DNA of 64,000 nucleotides from Podarcis muralis (lineage: Eukaryota). Positions 50,542 to 63,110 of the stretch are shown here, piece by piece. Positions within the stretch are counted from its first letter, which is position 1, and each line of letters begins with the position of its first letter. The notes beneath the pieces were generated by a model. That model saw only the letters and a program-made list of their open reading frames with translations. It searched no databases and was not told the DNA's origin. Made by a program: the position numbers and the translations under genes. The stretch lies in contig NC_135660.1 in NCBI RefSeq assembly GCF_964188315.1, forward strand, positions 19,282,001 to 19,346,000, read 5' to 3'.

Positions 50542-50927
50542 ACGCGGGTGGCGCTGTGGTCTAAAGCCCTGAAACTCTTGGGCTTGCCGATCAGAAGGTC
50601 AGCGGTTTGAATCCCCACGGCAGGGTGAGCTCCCATTGCTCTGTCCCAGCTCCTGCCAACCTAGCAGTTCGAAATCACGCCAGTGTGAGTAGATAAATAT
50701 GTACCACTCCAGCGGGAAGGTAAATGGTGTTCCGTGCGCTCTAGTTTCTGTCACAGTGTTCCATTGCACCAGAAGTGGTTTAGTCATGCTGGCCACATGA
50801 CCGGGAAAGCTGTCTGTGGACAAACACCGGCTCCCTCAGTCTGAAAGCGAGATGCGCACCACAACCCCATAGTCACCTTTGACTGGACTTAAGCATCCAG
50901 GGGTCCTTTACCTTTTTACCTTTACCT
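50542..50927 (+). mobile_element. Sauria SINE
   Basis: ACGCGGGTGGCGCTGTGG head; AGTAGATAAATATGTACC core; TTTACCTTT tail. Confidence 0.9.
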
Positions 50928-52612
50928 GCATGTACCCACTCCTCCTCTATAACCATGCATGCTCTCCTGAATGTATGGAATGGCTTGTATAAACAACCAG
51001 GGAGGATCCAGACGAGAAAGGTCTTCAGAAAACTGGAGTGAAATTGTTTTCTCCCTTCCTGCATTCATTACTTCCCTGGAGCAGAAGCAAATCACAGTAA
51101 TAATCTTTGCCCAAAAATGCAGCACTCCCACAACAGACCCTGTGATTATCCCATGGAAGAAACTATACTTTACAGACTGAAAATTAAGCTCATTTCCTCT
51201 TGGGCGTTCTGAGCCTCTACCTTGGATATCCTTGAACGAACTGGAAAGTTGCCATGAATCATTACCTCCCACCCAAAAAAACAAAAACAAAAAACCCTCA
51301 GAGTAATAGAAATTGGATTAAAAGATTATCTGTTTTTTAGGTTGCAATCCTAAACACTCTTTCCAAGGAATAAATCCCACTGATCTCTCAAAGGGGCTTA
51401 TTTCCGAATAGACATGCAAAGCATTTTTGCTGTTATTTACTTAGATACATTCAGGGCACTCCCAGACTGTTACAATTTCAAGTGGGATTCACTTTCCTAA
51501 CAGCAAATTCAAAGCGTACAATTACAGTTTGTTTTATATTCTTGGACATCAAACCCACTTCCCCAAAAAACCTGACTTTTTTGCAAAAAGGAAAATGACA
51601 GGAAAATGCAATGGAGAGTGTGAAGTAACATCATTGATACAACATCATATAATCTCACCAAAACCAAATAACGATGAATGTTCAATAAAAACAGGTCATC
51701 TGGAAGGGATCTCAGAATGGCCTTTTGCACTATTAAGGAAATCGATAGCATTTAGCCTCTTTGGGGTCTGTTTTACAACTATTGTTTTGGATCTGCTTTT
51801 AGTGGTTCACGGCCCAGGTGAGATTTGCACTTGGGACTTCACCGCTCAGAGTCTTCAGTACTGCATCAAAGATCACAAAGGTTTGTATGATTTGTTTGTG
51901 TATTGTGAATTTTCCCACAAAGCATTTGGAAAATATTTTATGACTTGCATTGCACCAGAAGGACCTTAAGAAAAGCCCTGTTCGCCAACTGATTAGAAGG
52001 AGAAGAGATAGCAAAGTGATGCCAACTGAAAATAATTGAAGGCTTATATGAGAAATGCTGCGGTAAATGGAGCCAAACAAACAAAAAAATCTGAATAAAA
52101 GCAGCCTTTCACCATCCTCAGGAGGAATGCTGAATAAACAGATCATCTTAGTTGTTTGTCTCTACTCAGGTTGCCATATTTCAAAAAGTAAAAACCAGGA
52201 CACCCAGAAAGTTGTTGAGCCTTTTTAATTAGAAAACCACTGCATGTGCTAAATGAAGACATTTGTGAAGCTATTCAACCCAAAACAGCAAGATATATCC
52301 AGCAGATGGCAACCTTACCCAATCAGAAGCATTTTTGCGATGAAGAAGGCAGCAATACTTCAAAGCAAACTACCTTTATGCCATGCTTATTCCACTTGCA
52401 TAATATGGATCTATTTTAATACCACATAATCCATACTGCCTGGTACTATAAGGCTGGCTTGTCTTGTGAGCCACAGGCTCCACTGATTTGTACATTGCTT
52501 TTGTCCTGCTCCATTACATTGCAAGGCTGGTCAACACGGACTGAACATGTGCCTGCAAATTGTTTTCCACAAAAACTGAACGCTTTGTAAAATAATGCCC
52601 CTGAAACAGAAT

Positions 52613-52922
52613 AAAAGGTAAAGGTACCCCTGCCCGTACGGGCCAGTCTTGCCAGACTCTAGGGTTGTGCGCTCATCTCACTCTCTAGGCCAGGGGCCAG
52701 CGCTGTCCGGAGACACTTCCAGGTCACGTGGCCAGCGTGACAAAGCTGCATCTAGCGAGCCAGCGCAGCACACGGAAACGCTGTTTACCTTCCCGCTATA
52801 AAGCGGTCCCTATATATCTACTTGCACCCGGGGGTGCTTTCGAACTACTAGGTTGGCAGGCGCTGGGACCAAACGACGGGAGCGCACCCCGCCACAGGGA
52901 TTTGAACCGCCGACCATGCGAT
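52613..52922 (-). mobile_element. Sauria SINE variant subfamily, 5'-truncated
   Basis: ATCTACTTGCAC core and GGTAAAGGTACCCCTG tail, with a body that differs from the other copies. Confidence 0.8.
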
Positions 52923-53086
52923 ATAGACCGTCCAAACAGAATAGACCGTCCAAAGTTAGCAACAACAACAAAACGTGACAGTAATCCATGGTGGGGGTAG
53001 ATTTACTAGCAGGATAAGGAAGGGCCAAACCAGATGTGACGGTGGCTTCTAGTTAGTGTGCTTAAACCTGGATCTACTACAATCAT

Positions 53087-53438
53087 GGATGCGGGTAGCA
53101 CTGTAGGTTAAACCACAGAGCCTAGGACTTGCTGATCAGAAGGTCAGCGGTTCGAAGCCCCGCGACGGGGTGAGCTCCCGTTGCTCGGTCCCTGCTCCTG
53201 CCAACCTAGCAGTTTGAAAGCACGTCAAAGTGCAAGTAGATAAATAGGTACTGCTCTGGTGGGAAGGTAAACGGCATTTACATGTGCTGCTCTGGTTCGC
53301 CAGAAGGAGCTTAGTCATGCTGGCCACATGACCCGGAAGCTGTACACCGGCTCCCTCGGCCAATAAAGCGAGATGAGCGCCGCAACCCCAGAGTTGGCCA
53401 TGACTGGACCTAATGGTCAGGGATCCCTTTAACTTTAC
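53087..53438 (+). mobile_element. Sauria SINE
   Basis: GGATGCGGGTAGCACTGT head, core and tail; imperfect TSD ACTACAATCAT / ACTAGAATCAT. Confidence 0.9.
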
Positions 53439-54399
53439 TAGAATCATATAGTAAGCAGAGGCTGACTCTAATTTAAGGAACAATAAAGTGATGGGTAACG
53501 GGAACAAGGAAGTGCAAGTAAGGAGAAAGCGAAGTGTGTGTGCACTTGTTTGCTTTCTGTCTCTCTGGGCAGCTAATCTGGAGGAGTGGGGAGAAAAGTG
53601 ACCAGAGGCAGTGGCACCCACAGCAGTCACTCAAATCCAGAGGTGCCTGTGAGCCTAAAAAAAGCTTTGCATGTACATGGGGAAGTGTAAATAGCAAGTC
53701 GGGGGCGGGAGGGGAGCGAGTCTGATTGATAGCACAACAGGGCCAAAGGACTAACACGCCCAGTTTTTCCCTAAGCCAGTGCCCTGATCTATCTCAGTAC
53801 TGCCCATCCCAAGGCTGTTGCAGAATATTTGTTAAAGAAAACTACATAAAGGCTAGCTACATGAAAAAGGTCACGTCAATTTGGGCCTCAAGGCTTTGTG
53901 CAAAGTATGCCTCCGTGAGCAGTTGTGGAGAAGGGTGACCAAAACTGTTAAGCAGCTGTAAATAAACCCGAGGCCCCAATGAGAGATGAAACCATGAGGG
54001 GGCTCGACAGCCCTTGAGGCAAGTTGAAGGGAGCCAACACTGCTACAGACATCACCAGACCTGGCCATTAGAGATGAATAGACCCACAGCTGTAAGGAAT
54101 ATATGAGCCTTCCCTAGCGCTGTGGGCAAAACCCTCAGGCACCGGTGAAAGAAATACTTGTACTGTTTGTTGATTATCGTTCTCTGCACTTTTCCTCATT
54201 CTTGTTTGTTGGCTACAGCTGTTCCCTTGATTTTTGTTTTGCTTCAAATACTTCCGCACGTAAACATTTGGAAATGTCATTCTTCTAATGCCAACGTTTG
54301 AGGAAACCCTGAAGGCAAGAATTGAAGTGGCACACCATCTCCCAGGGTTAAGGTGGGAGAGGACACTGCTCTCACAACACAAACACTTTTGTTTGTTTG

Positions 54400-55742
54400 T
54401 GTTAGGTTGTGGGAGAACATATCAGACGACACAGCAATTCTTCAAACAGCTCTTCTTTATTCTGAGGCCAGAACTGAACAGCAAACAGCTCAGCCGGCCT
54501 GCTTTTATAAGCAAGCCGGCTGTCAACATTGTTGCAACAACAACCCAGGATTTCCCGCCTAAAATAACTGACGTGGACCTGAGTGAAAACTACATACACA
54601 GTACTCCTGGTGGCCAGGGGGAGAACTTCAATACATAACACCCCTCCCCACCGAGATAAGGCGTTAGTTACAATCGTAATGGTTTCCTTATATACAGCAC
54701 TACACGTAATGGTTCAATTAGGCACAAAGCATATCGGTTACATTTCACATGCTTCCATTAGACCAACAGTGTTACATGTCCAACAACATAGTCCTTTAAA
54801 TACGGTCTACTGGCCTTGTGGATTTCCTGGGCGGAGAGTTCAACAGCTTCTGAGGCCACGGCCTCCTCAGTGGCTTTCTGCAGCGTGAGGTCTGGCTTGG
54901 CGAGGAGATGCCGTTGCAGACGGATGTCCCAGACCCCGCAGACGATTTGATCCATCAGGGCATCGTCTAAGTCTCGGAACTCGCAGTGCATTGCAGCCTG
55001 TTGGAGGGCGGTGGTGTAGTTGTTGATTGACTCCCCCTCTGCCTGGTTCCGGTGGTAGAACGCATGGCGGGCAGCAATCTTGGACGGCTTTGGGGCGTAG
55101 TGGTTGCGGAGCTTCTCTTGAATCATGTCCCAAGGTGCTGCCTGGACTGCTAGAGGCGCAACCAATGCTCGGGCCGTCGCGAACACTTCGGGGCCACAAA
55201 GGCTGAGGAGAGGCCCCGCTTCTGCTCTACAGACCCTCTTGTCAGCTCATTTGCTTGGAGGTAGCAGTCAAACCGAGCAAGGTAGGAGTCCCATGATTCA
55301 GAGGCTGGGGCAAACGGCGGTAGAGGCACGAGTGAAGCCATGGTTCCGATGCCGACGTGGAGGCAATGGATGGAACACTGTGCTCTAGCCAGAACAGTCA
55401 GCTCTGAATTGGTTCTACTCCGCAATTTCGCTCAGTGTTTCAGCTCCGTGATTCAGCTCATCTCAGAGGGTGGCTGCATCTGGCTGTGCTCTGTTCGCCA
55501 GTGTTAGGTTGTGGGCGAACATATCACACGACACAACGATTCTTCAAACAGCTCTTCTTTATTCTGAGGCCAGAACTGAACAGCAAACAGCTCAGCCGGC
55601 CTGCTTTTATAGGTAAGCCGGCTGTCAACATTGTCGCAACAACAACCCAGGGTTTCCCACCTAAAATAACTGACATGGACCTGAGTGAAAACTACATACA
55701 CAATACTCCTGGTGGCCAGGGTGAGAACTTCAATACATAACA
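54400..55742 (-). mobile_element. Internally deleted Ty3/Gypsy LTR retrotransposon (1343 bp)
   Basis: 241-bp LTRs at 54400-54640 and 55502-55742 (TG...CA, about 12 differences); 5-bp TSD GTTTG; PBS-like TGGCGAACAG after the 5' LTR; PPT TGGGGAGGGG before the 3' LTR; frameshifted gag fragment from ATG 55341 (PPF...ESWDSYLARF...KLRNHYAPKPSKIAARHAFYHRNQAEGESI...CEFRDLDDALMDQIVCG). Confidence 0.92.
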
Positions 55743-57574
55743 GTTTGTCTGCTTTGGCTTTTCATTGTGCAGTTAACTCACAAGTTATGTGCATTTCACA
55801 TGCGTGATCTCAACTGCTGAAGGCCAGCTGGTTGAAATTGCACAAGTCGAATGCGCAGAAGGCAGACAGCTTAAAAGCTCTTTTGTGCAGGCGTTTCCCA
55901 GCACAGAAGGAGCTTTTCAGCTCTCTGCTTTGCTTAAAAGCTGTTTGCCTTGTTTGCGGGAGTAAGGTCCATTTGGTGCACTGACTTTGGAAGGTAAGAC
56001 TGCTCGCACAGGGTGGTTCCAAGGGGGTGGCGTGCAAGCATACACATTTTTGCATAAACACACTATCCCCAGAACATAACCCCTGCGTGAGATGTGGGTT
56101 ACCTGTAGCTTGAGATGTATGGGGTGTTAAGGGGAGGGGTAGTACCTCTGGCGGAGGACACCTGCTCCTTCTGGGGTAGTTTGTCCACCTTTGGTCCCCA
56201 CCCTGCACTCAGCTCTCAACTGTGGCTTCTAGAAGCTGTCAGGATGCGACAGTGGCCACACCCCAGGAAACAGCCGGGCTGTCATGGGGTTAATTACCTT
56301 TGGATTTCTTCCATCTGTACTTTGTGTGTTCAAGGGGAATACACTAAGATGGAATGGAGAATCAGAGATTCTTGGTCCGTGCTGCAAGGGGCAATCACTG
56401 CCTCATGGCACTAGCTTTACTATGCAGCCTGCTAAAGGGGTTTGTGGATGCAGAAAAATATATTTCTAGCTTTCAGCCTGCAGCAGTGACCACAAACACA
56501 GAACTCAGCCACACCTGACCAAAGGAATATTCCACTCCAGCCAATGTTGTTTTTCATGGACATTATTACTATGTTTTCTGGACCAAATATTTTCTTTCTG
56601 GTTTTCGCTTTTCTGACATGCATGTGTGTTTTTCCTTCTCACCCCCCTCTAAGGTAAGAAAGGAGCTCCATACCTTTGGGTAAATGACAGTTCTGCCTAA
56701 ATAACCTTGGAGCAGAATCCTTCCCAATGTGGCCGCTGCTGCCACACTGACCAAGACAGCAAGTGGAAGTGCCTGTTTCTGAATAAAACTGCAAGATTCT
56801 CATTTACAAGTAAAAGAAGAAGAATGTCCTGATCGGCTGCTTGAAGGAAAGGGTAGTAAATGTATGTGCAATGTATTTACTCCCTCAGGTTTACTGGAAG
56901 TGCAGATTACAGCCTGGAAAAGGGTGTGGTCTCTTCTCAGGTACACATATACACCTGCATGCTATCTTACGTTTACTTGTGTTAAACCTTCAGCATACAT
57001 AGATTGTAGCCAACTGTGGGTGGCCCTGAGATAATGCTTCAGGTTATAGCCAAGAGAACAGTCCCTGAAAAACAAAACTAGGGTATGCACTAAAAGGTTC
57101 AAACACATGCCAATTTCAAACCCAGAGCAAACCCTCAGGCAACTGGTGAACTTTACAGCCAGAAGCATGGTGGAAGCCTCAAATATAGGCAAGGCAGTTC
57201 GCAACATAATGTACAAAAATGAGAATACAAAATACAACCAGGTTTTTTTGTTTTTTACTGTGCAAGTTTTATACTCCATTCTAATGAGCTGCTACTGAGC
57301 AAAATCAAACCTCAATTGCAATCCGATGAATATTGGTTCGCTGGCCAGTTTTGGGCATGATGTTGATTGACTCACCAGATTAACACAGAGGACTAGAAAC
57401 TTTCAGGGGGGAAATTGTGTCCACCATCCCGGGGTTGTCCCCACTTTCGGTGTTTCTCCCAACCACTGAAAGAAAGTGTGGTTTTATGGAAGTAGTGGGC
57501 ACAAACTTCTGGGTCATATTTAAGCAACACATGCATTGCACATCTTTCCATACCTTGTTATTGCTTATGCAAGA

Positions 57575-57821
57575 TGTTAAGTTGTGGGTGAACATATCAG
57601 ACGACACAGCGATTCTTCAAACAGCTCTTGTTTATTCACAGGCCAGAACTGAACTGAAATGAAGGGTTCAGTCAGCCTGCTTATATAGAGCTCCAGTACA
57701 ACGTAACTGTAACAATTTTCTAAAACTATCCAATCACTGAACGTCACTTTCGATCCCTTATTTGCATAACTATCTACAGTATCCCCCTGCTGGCCCAGGG
57801 TGAGAACTTCAGTACATAACA
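57575..57821 (-). mobile_element. Solo LTR related to the 54400-55742 element
   Basis: TG...CA; perfect 5-bp TSD CAAGA; ends shared with the other LTRs, middle different. Confidence 0.9.
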
Positions 57822-58249
57822 CAAGATCTGCAAGTTTAAGGGCAAGGAGTCTTCATGTGAGATATCTGTGCTTGTTGGAACATGAGTGAATCTGTATGAG
57901 TAGTCTGTTTGCCCCCTTTTGAGCAGGTGGATTTGCGGGTGGGCCCTGGACCTCCCTGGTCAACTGGCCTATCGCAGGCCAGATCGTATTCCTGCAGCCA
58001 ATTGGGCCAATGGCTCTGAACAACCACAAGCAACACGTGGCTAATAATGCACTCACAAAATATTTATAACATTATACTGTTTCACAATTCATAAACAGAA
58101 GACATGTAATCACAAATAATAGGAGTCAAATAAACAGAAATGGTAGGTGTGGTCAGTCACTATCAAAGAACACTAAGATGGAGGCAAAAATGCCTTTCCA
58201 CAGTCAACACCCTGCAAATGTGTGGTGATAGGTGCTCCAAACATAGCAA

Positions 58250-59650
58250 TATGGTACTCCGAGCACAGCAGCAGACAGAACAGTTCTTCCGGGATAATGA
58301 ACTGTTTCAATGATAATTCTTCATCAGCTGGCAATAATATGAAATAAAATCCATTATATTCAAGTAATACAGAAATTGAAATGACAGACCTGCATTTAAA
58401 CAACCAATAATAAATACATACCAAATAAATTGTCCTTGCGGGTACATCAAATAGCCATGGATCAGCAATCACTTAAAAGTGTAGTAAGCGGATACTGTTG
58501 GCAGAATCCTAGTAGCATTATAAAGGCAACCCACAGGTGCACTGATTCACATACAATTTCAGGAAATTTAAAGATACAGTATCCAAAATCTAGCATAGAG
58601 AACACAAACAGTAGCCATCTTGTCTGAAAACTTAAATAAAACAATTAAAATCTAATTCAGTGTTCAAACCCCTGGGTGCAGGGATTTAAATAGGTAAATC
58701 AATTTAGTTTCTTGTTGGTTAGTAGTAATTTGTAGTAATTTGACGTGATCTCTCCTCATCCCAAATTTTCTCTGATTAACCCACAGGACCGTGTAAAGTA
58801 GGTTTGTATCTGCATGATGGTCTTTTACAAAGTGCTCAACTAAAGGTGCCTCCATGACTTGATTCCTAATGTGAGATCACAGACACCGACCGCTTGTGTG
58901 GTCAATCCAATGTATAGCAGATTGCAAGGGCATCTTATTAGGTATCCCTAATACCATCTTTGGTCTGACACGTACTGAAATGGCGGGTGGTAAATCTAAA
59001 GCTAGAGTGAGCATCATAGATCTCTTTCGTCTGTAAAACAAGAGGACAAGATACACATCTATCCCATTTATGATGACTCAATGGGCTGGAACTAGTGGGA
59101 GAACGTGCCAATGTAAGGTCAGAATGGACCAATATGCCTTTAATTGACCGAGTTTTTCTAAGGCCAATAAGTGGGAAATCAGAACAGCCTTGGACATTCC
59201 ACAAGATATGCCAGTGTTTTCTTATGATCCTAATGATCCTATCTGAATACGTGGTAAATTCTAAGGATTCCGTGATCCGTGTACTGGACGATGTTTGTGG
59301 CGTTAGGGAAAAAAGTGATGAGCAATCCTTAGCTAAGGATCTTTTTTTCGCCAAATTAATCACTCGGTTAGGATATCATCTGGAAAGTAAAGAATTGAAC
59401 AGGCCATCAACTCTACTTAAAAAAATCATTCTGTAATGAGGAATTCCTCTTAATTCTCAATAGTTGGCCGTACAGTAAGTTATCCTTAAGATGCCTGGGA
59501 TGGAAGGAGGAATAATGCAATAAAGAATTACAATCAGTGGGTTTTCTAAAAGGTTTCACAAGTAAGTATCCATCCTGTTTTACTACCTCAACATCTAGAA
59601 ATGTAGAGGAAATGGTACTATGATGTCCTGAAAAAGAGAGTTGGGTGTAT
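58250..59650 (-). mobile_element. Degraded Penelope-like element (RT C-terminus and GIY-YIG endonuclease)
   Basis: FLDVEVV...KPFRKPTDCNSLLHYSSFHPRHLKDNLLYGQLLRIKRNSS; IIRKHWHIL; CPCNLLYIGLTT...HIRNQVMEAPLVEHF across frameshifts. Boundaries approximate. Confidence 0.85.
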
Positions 59651-61841
59651 TTTTCCCTCATCTTCCTCTGAGCTGTGACCTCCCTCAAACCCCTGTTGTA
59701 ATTCTGAACTGTCTTCTTCTTCTCTGGAAGGGTCAGGCTGGGGAGGTGGTCTCCACCATTCCTCCTCTGCCCAGTGCCTGACATGTCCCTACCTAATCTT
59801 TCTAGGAGTAGTACAAATGGAGCAGAACAGAATTCAGAAAACATAACAGAGCTAGGGCAAAATTTTCCAAATTCCTGATGGCCAGGTCACAGTTGTTTTT
59901 CTGGATTAATGTGGAAACATGTTTTACTTGTTCAAACCCAAAAAATGATGTGTCTTAAATGTCTTGATCAGCTCCTAGAACAACAAGCAGGCAATCTCCT
60001 TCAACTGCAGGTCAACCCAGCTAACATTGCCCTCTTACATAAATCAGTTTAAAGATGGGACTATACTTTAATTCTGGGCAATAGTGATGGATCTGAGCAT
60101 CCAATACCATCCAATTCAAAAAACACACAGAGTACAGTATAAACAGGGTTTGGATTGCACCCTTACTTATTTAAATATACAACAAGAGTTGTCAGAGAAG
60201 TAGTAAGTCTTTGCAAGCCAAAACAATATAATACCTGCCTTTTGTAACACAATAAAACAATATGAGGCTCACCCACACAGCACTAAACTATGGATTAAGT
60301 TAATGTCAGAACATGGCATCTATTAATTACACTTCCTTGTGATGGAGTTGTAGAAAAATTACATCCCTCTGCATCATTGGGGCCATTGCCATTTAATAGC
60401 ATTAGAGCAACTTTTATTCAGCGTTCACTAGGCTTTATATAAGACCTATTAATCTTAGTCCTTTGAAGGTATCATTATTGCAAATATGACTCTTCTTTTT
60501 GCAAACCTAGCAAAGGGTTACGATTCTGACTCATTTGAACTAGCTCCAGGTTGTCAGTCTTCTGACAAAAAACTGGGATCTCATTTGTTAAGGAATTGCT
60601 GTGACACTCACATTTCCCATTTAATTGTTTTTAAAGCACGATTCAATCTACTGGAGCAAAGGACAAGATGTTTTTATTTGTGGCTTCCAAGAGTCTTCTT
60701 GGAACTGCTTTCCACATAATGAGGAAAGGAGAGTTACTCAAAGTGTAAAGAGAGAATGTGTAAAGAAAGAGTGTAAAGAGACACCCAGAGAGGAGCTCAC
60801 ACCTGTTTTGCTCTGCCACTTTCCTTTGAGCTCAGGGCAATGCTGAGGTGAGCCTGAGTGTGTCATCCGAACCTAGGATCACGGTTCTATTCCTTAGCAA
60901 TTATTAGTAATCAAGAACACACCTTGTGCAGTTAAGGAAAACAGTGCATAACCACTACCCCAGGTTTGAGTGGCATGCTAAACCAAACCTTGGTTTAACT
61001 GCCATCAGAGCCGGCCCACCAATGAGGCGTGGTGAAGCACCTGCCTCAGGTGGCAGAAGTACAAGAGGTGGTGCCCCACACTCCCTACCACTGCCGGAAT
61101 GCCCGTCTCACCAGCAAAAGGGAGACATTCCAACAAGCAACAACACTTTGTGGAACGCCACAGCTCTTGCCGAGTTTGGTGAGAGGTGGTGTGCCTGAGA
61201 ACAGCATCACCGCTCATCTTCTCCAGCCCGGTTTGGCAAGACGGGGGCATTTGGGGAGGAGGACAGGGAGCTAAAAGGACTGGGAACGAGCAAAGCAGCT
61301 GTAATTTCCTCCCTGTAAGCCAGCACATTCACTCTAAGTAAGCCATGGTCTTCACACATCACATAGTTAAACTTTGGAACTTGGCCCCACAGAAGGAAGC
61401 GATAGCCACCAACTTCTTCTTTTTTTGTAAATGCTTTTTATTGGTTTTTCCTTTAATACAGACCAACAAAATACAGTGAAATTTAACAGTCGTTTACCCA
61501 CATTCTTTCCCCACACTCTGCCGAGTGTTGACTTACTTCCCTCCCTTCAACAGGCTTTCTTATTTCAATTACCACCAACTTCGATGGAGAACCGGGCAAA
61601 TTCAGAGAAGATAAGGCTACCAATGGCTGCTACCTGAGATGGCTATGCCTACCCACAAGGTCGGGGGCAGTATGCTTTGGAATATCAGTTACTAAAAACC
61701 ACAGGAGGGGACAATGCTGTTGACTCAGGTCGTGCTGGCAGACTCTGGTTGGCCACAGTAAGCAGAGAATGCTGGACTAGATGAGACACTAGCCTGATCC
61801 AGCCAGCTCTTGATACATTATTATGTTTTATCTTATCATTA

Positions 61842-61968
61842 CATTTGTTCCCATGTAATGCTAAGATAAGCATTACATAGCATTTTGTTCCCATGTAATG
61901 CTAAGATAAGCATTACATAGCATTTTGTTCCCATGTAATGCTTATCTTAGCATTACATGGGAACAAAA
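61842..61968. repeat. 40-bp tandem repeat (two full units plus a third) ending in a perfect 20-bp inverted repeat
   Basis: Unit TTGTTCCCATGTAATGCTAAGATAAGCATTACATAGCATT; arms 61923-61942 and 61949-61968 with a 6-nt loop. Confidence 0.95.
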
Positions 61969-62045
61969 CCAATGTGTGGGATGATGGCAGACCTAGACCA
62001 CATTGTTTTTTAACCAGCTATCTGTGTGAATTAGTACAGGTCTGC

Positions 62046-62489
62046 ATAGTTAAAGCTATGGTTTTCCCAGTAGTGATGTATGCAAGTGAGAGCTGGACCA
62101 TAAAGAAGGCTGATTGCTGAAGAATTGATGCTTTTGAATTATGGTGCTGGAGGAGATTCTTGAGAGTTTCATGGACTGCAAGAAGATCAAACCTCTCCAT
62201 TCTTAAGGACATCAGCCCTGAGTGCTCACTGGAAGGACAGATCGTGAAGCTGAGGCTCCAATACTTTGGCTACCTCATGAGAAGAGAAGACTCTCTGGAA
62301 AAGACCCTGATGTTGGGAAAGATGGAGGGCACAAGGAGAAGGGGACGACAGATGACGAGGTGGTTGGACAGTGTTCTCGAAGCATGAGTTTGACCAAACT
62401 GCGGGAGGCAGTGGAAGACAAGAGTGCCTGGCGTGCTGTGGTCCATGGGGTCACAAAGAGTCGGACACGACTAAATGACTAAACAACAA
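62046..62489 (+). mobile_element. Bov-B LINE 3' fragment
   Basis: KAMVFPVVMYASESWTIKKAD...; HGVTKSRTRLND; ACAACA tail. Confidence 0.92.
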
Positions 62490-62590
62490 TTAAGAAGCAA
62501 GCTCCACCGTAGGACTGGTTTCCAAGTAAGCATATGTAGTGCTGCAGCCTTATACCCCACCTTTCCTAAAAGTCTGAGGTTGTTCACATG

Positions 62591-63110
62591 ACACCTGATT
62601 GGCTCTGAGGACACTAGGAGGGTTGGTTTTTATGTATACAGGAAAGGACAGTTAACAGCAAGAATCAGGAGCTGTAACTGTTGAGACATCTAACAGCCTC
62701 CAACTGTCAAGTTCTAACCTTTTGTGATCCACAGTACATCAGCCTGCTGCGCTGTCCCATCATCTGCAACGTAAAAGATCGCCATGAAACAAGTTCAAAA
62801 GTGAAAAAGCAGCCTCAGTTAAATCCTCAAAGAGATGTCCAGCATTATAAAGTTTGCAGCACAGTGATCTTAACATAAAAAGGAGTGGCTGGTGAGTGTC
62901 CCTGGGTCACCTCCAGGTTCCTTAAATAGGTGCCACCTGGTTCTTCAGTTAACAAAGAAAGGGATGGGAGGTTTGTCACCACAGGCCTGCAAGTGCAAAT
63001 GGGATAATACACACCTAATTGACTTTGAGGACACTAAGAGGGTTGCTTGCTATGTATACTGGAGAGCAAAAAGCAGAAACTGTAACTGTTGAGACATCTA
63101 ACAGCCTCCA
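62591..63110 (+). repeat. Diverged pair of 100-112 bp direct repeats (62591-62702, 63011-63110)
   Basis: Shared GAGGACACTA.GAGGGTTG, TATGTATAC and an identical 31-bp core CTGTAACTGTTGAGACATCTAACAGCCTCCA. Confidence 0.8.

Noticed and set aside
61842-61968. 40-bp repeats as a CRISPR-like array
   Set aside because: The units are contiguous with no spacers, and the context is eukaryotic.
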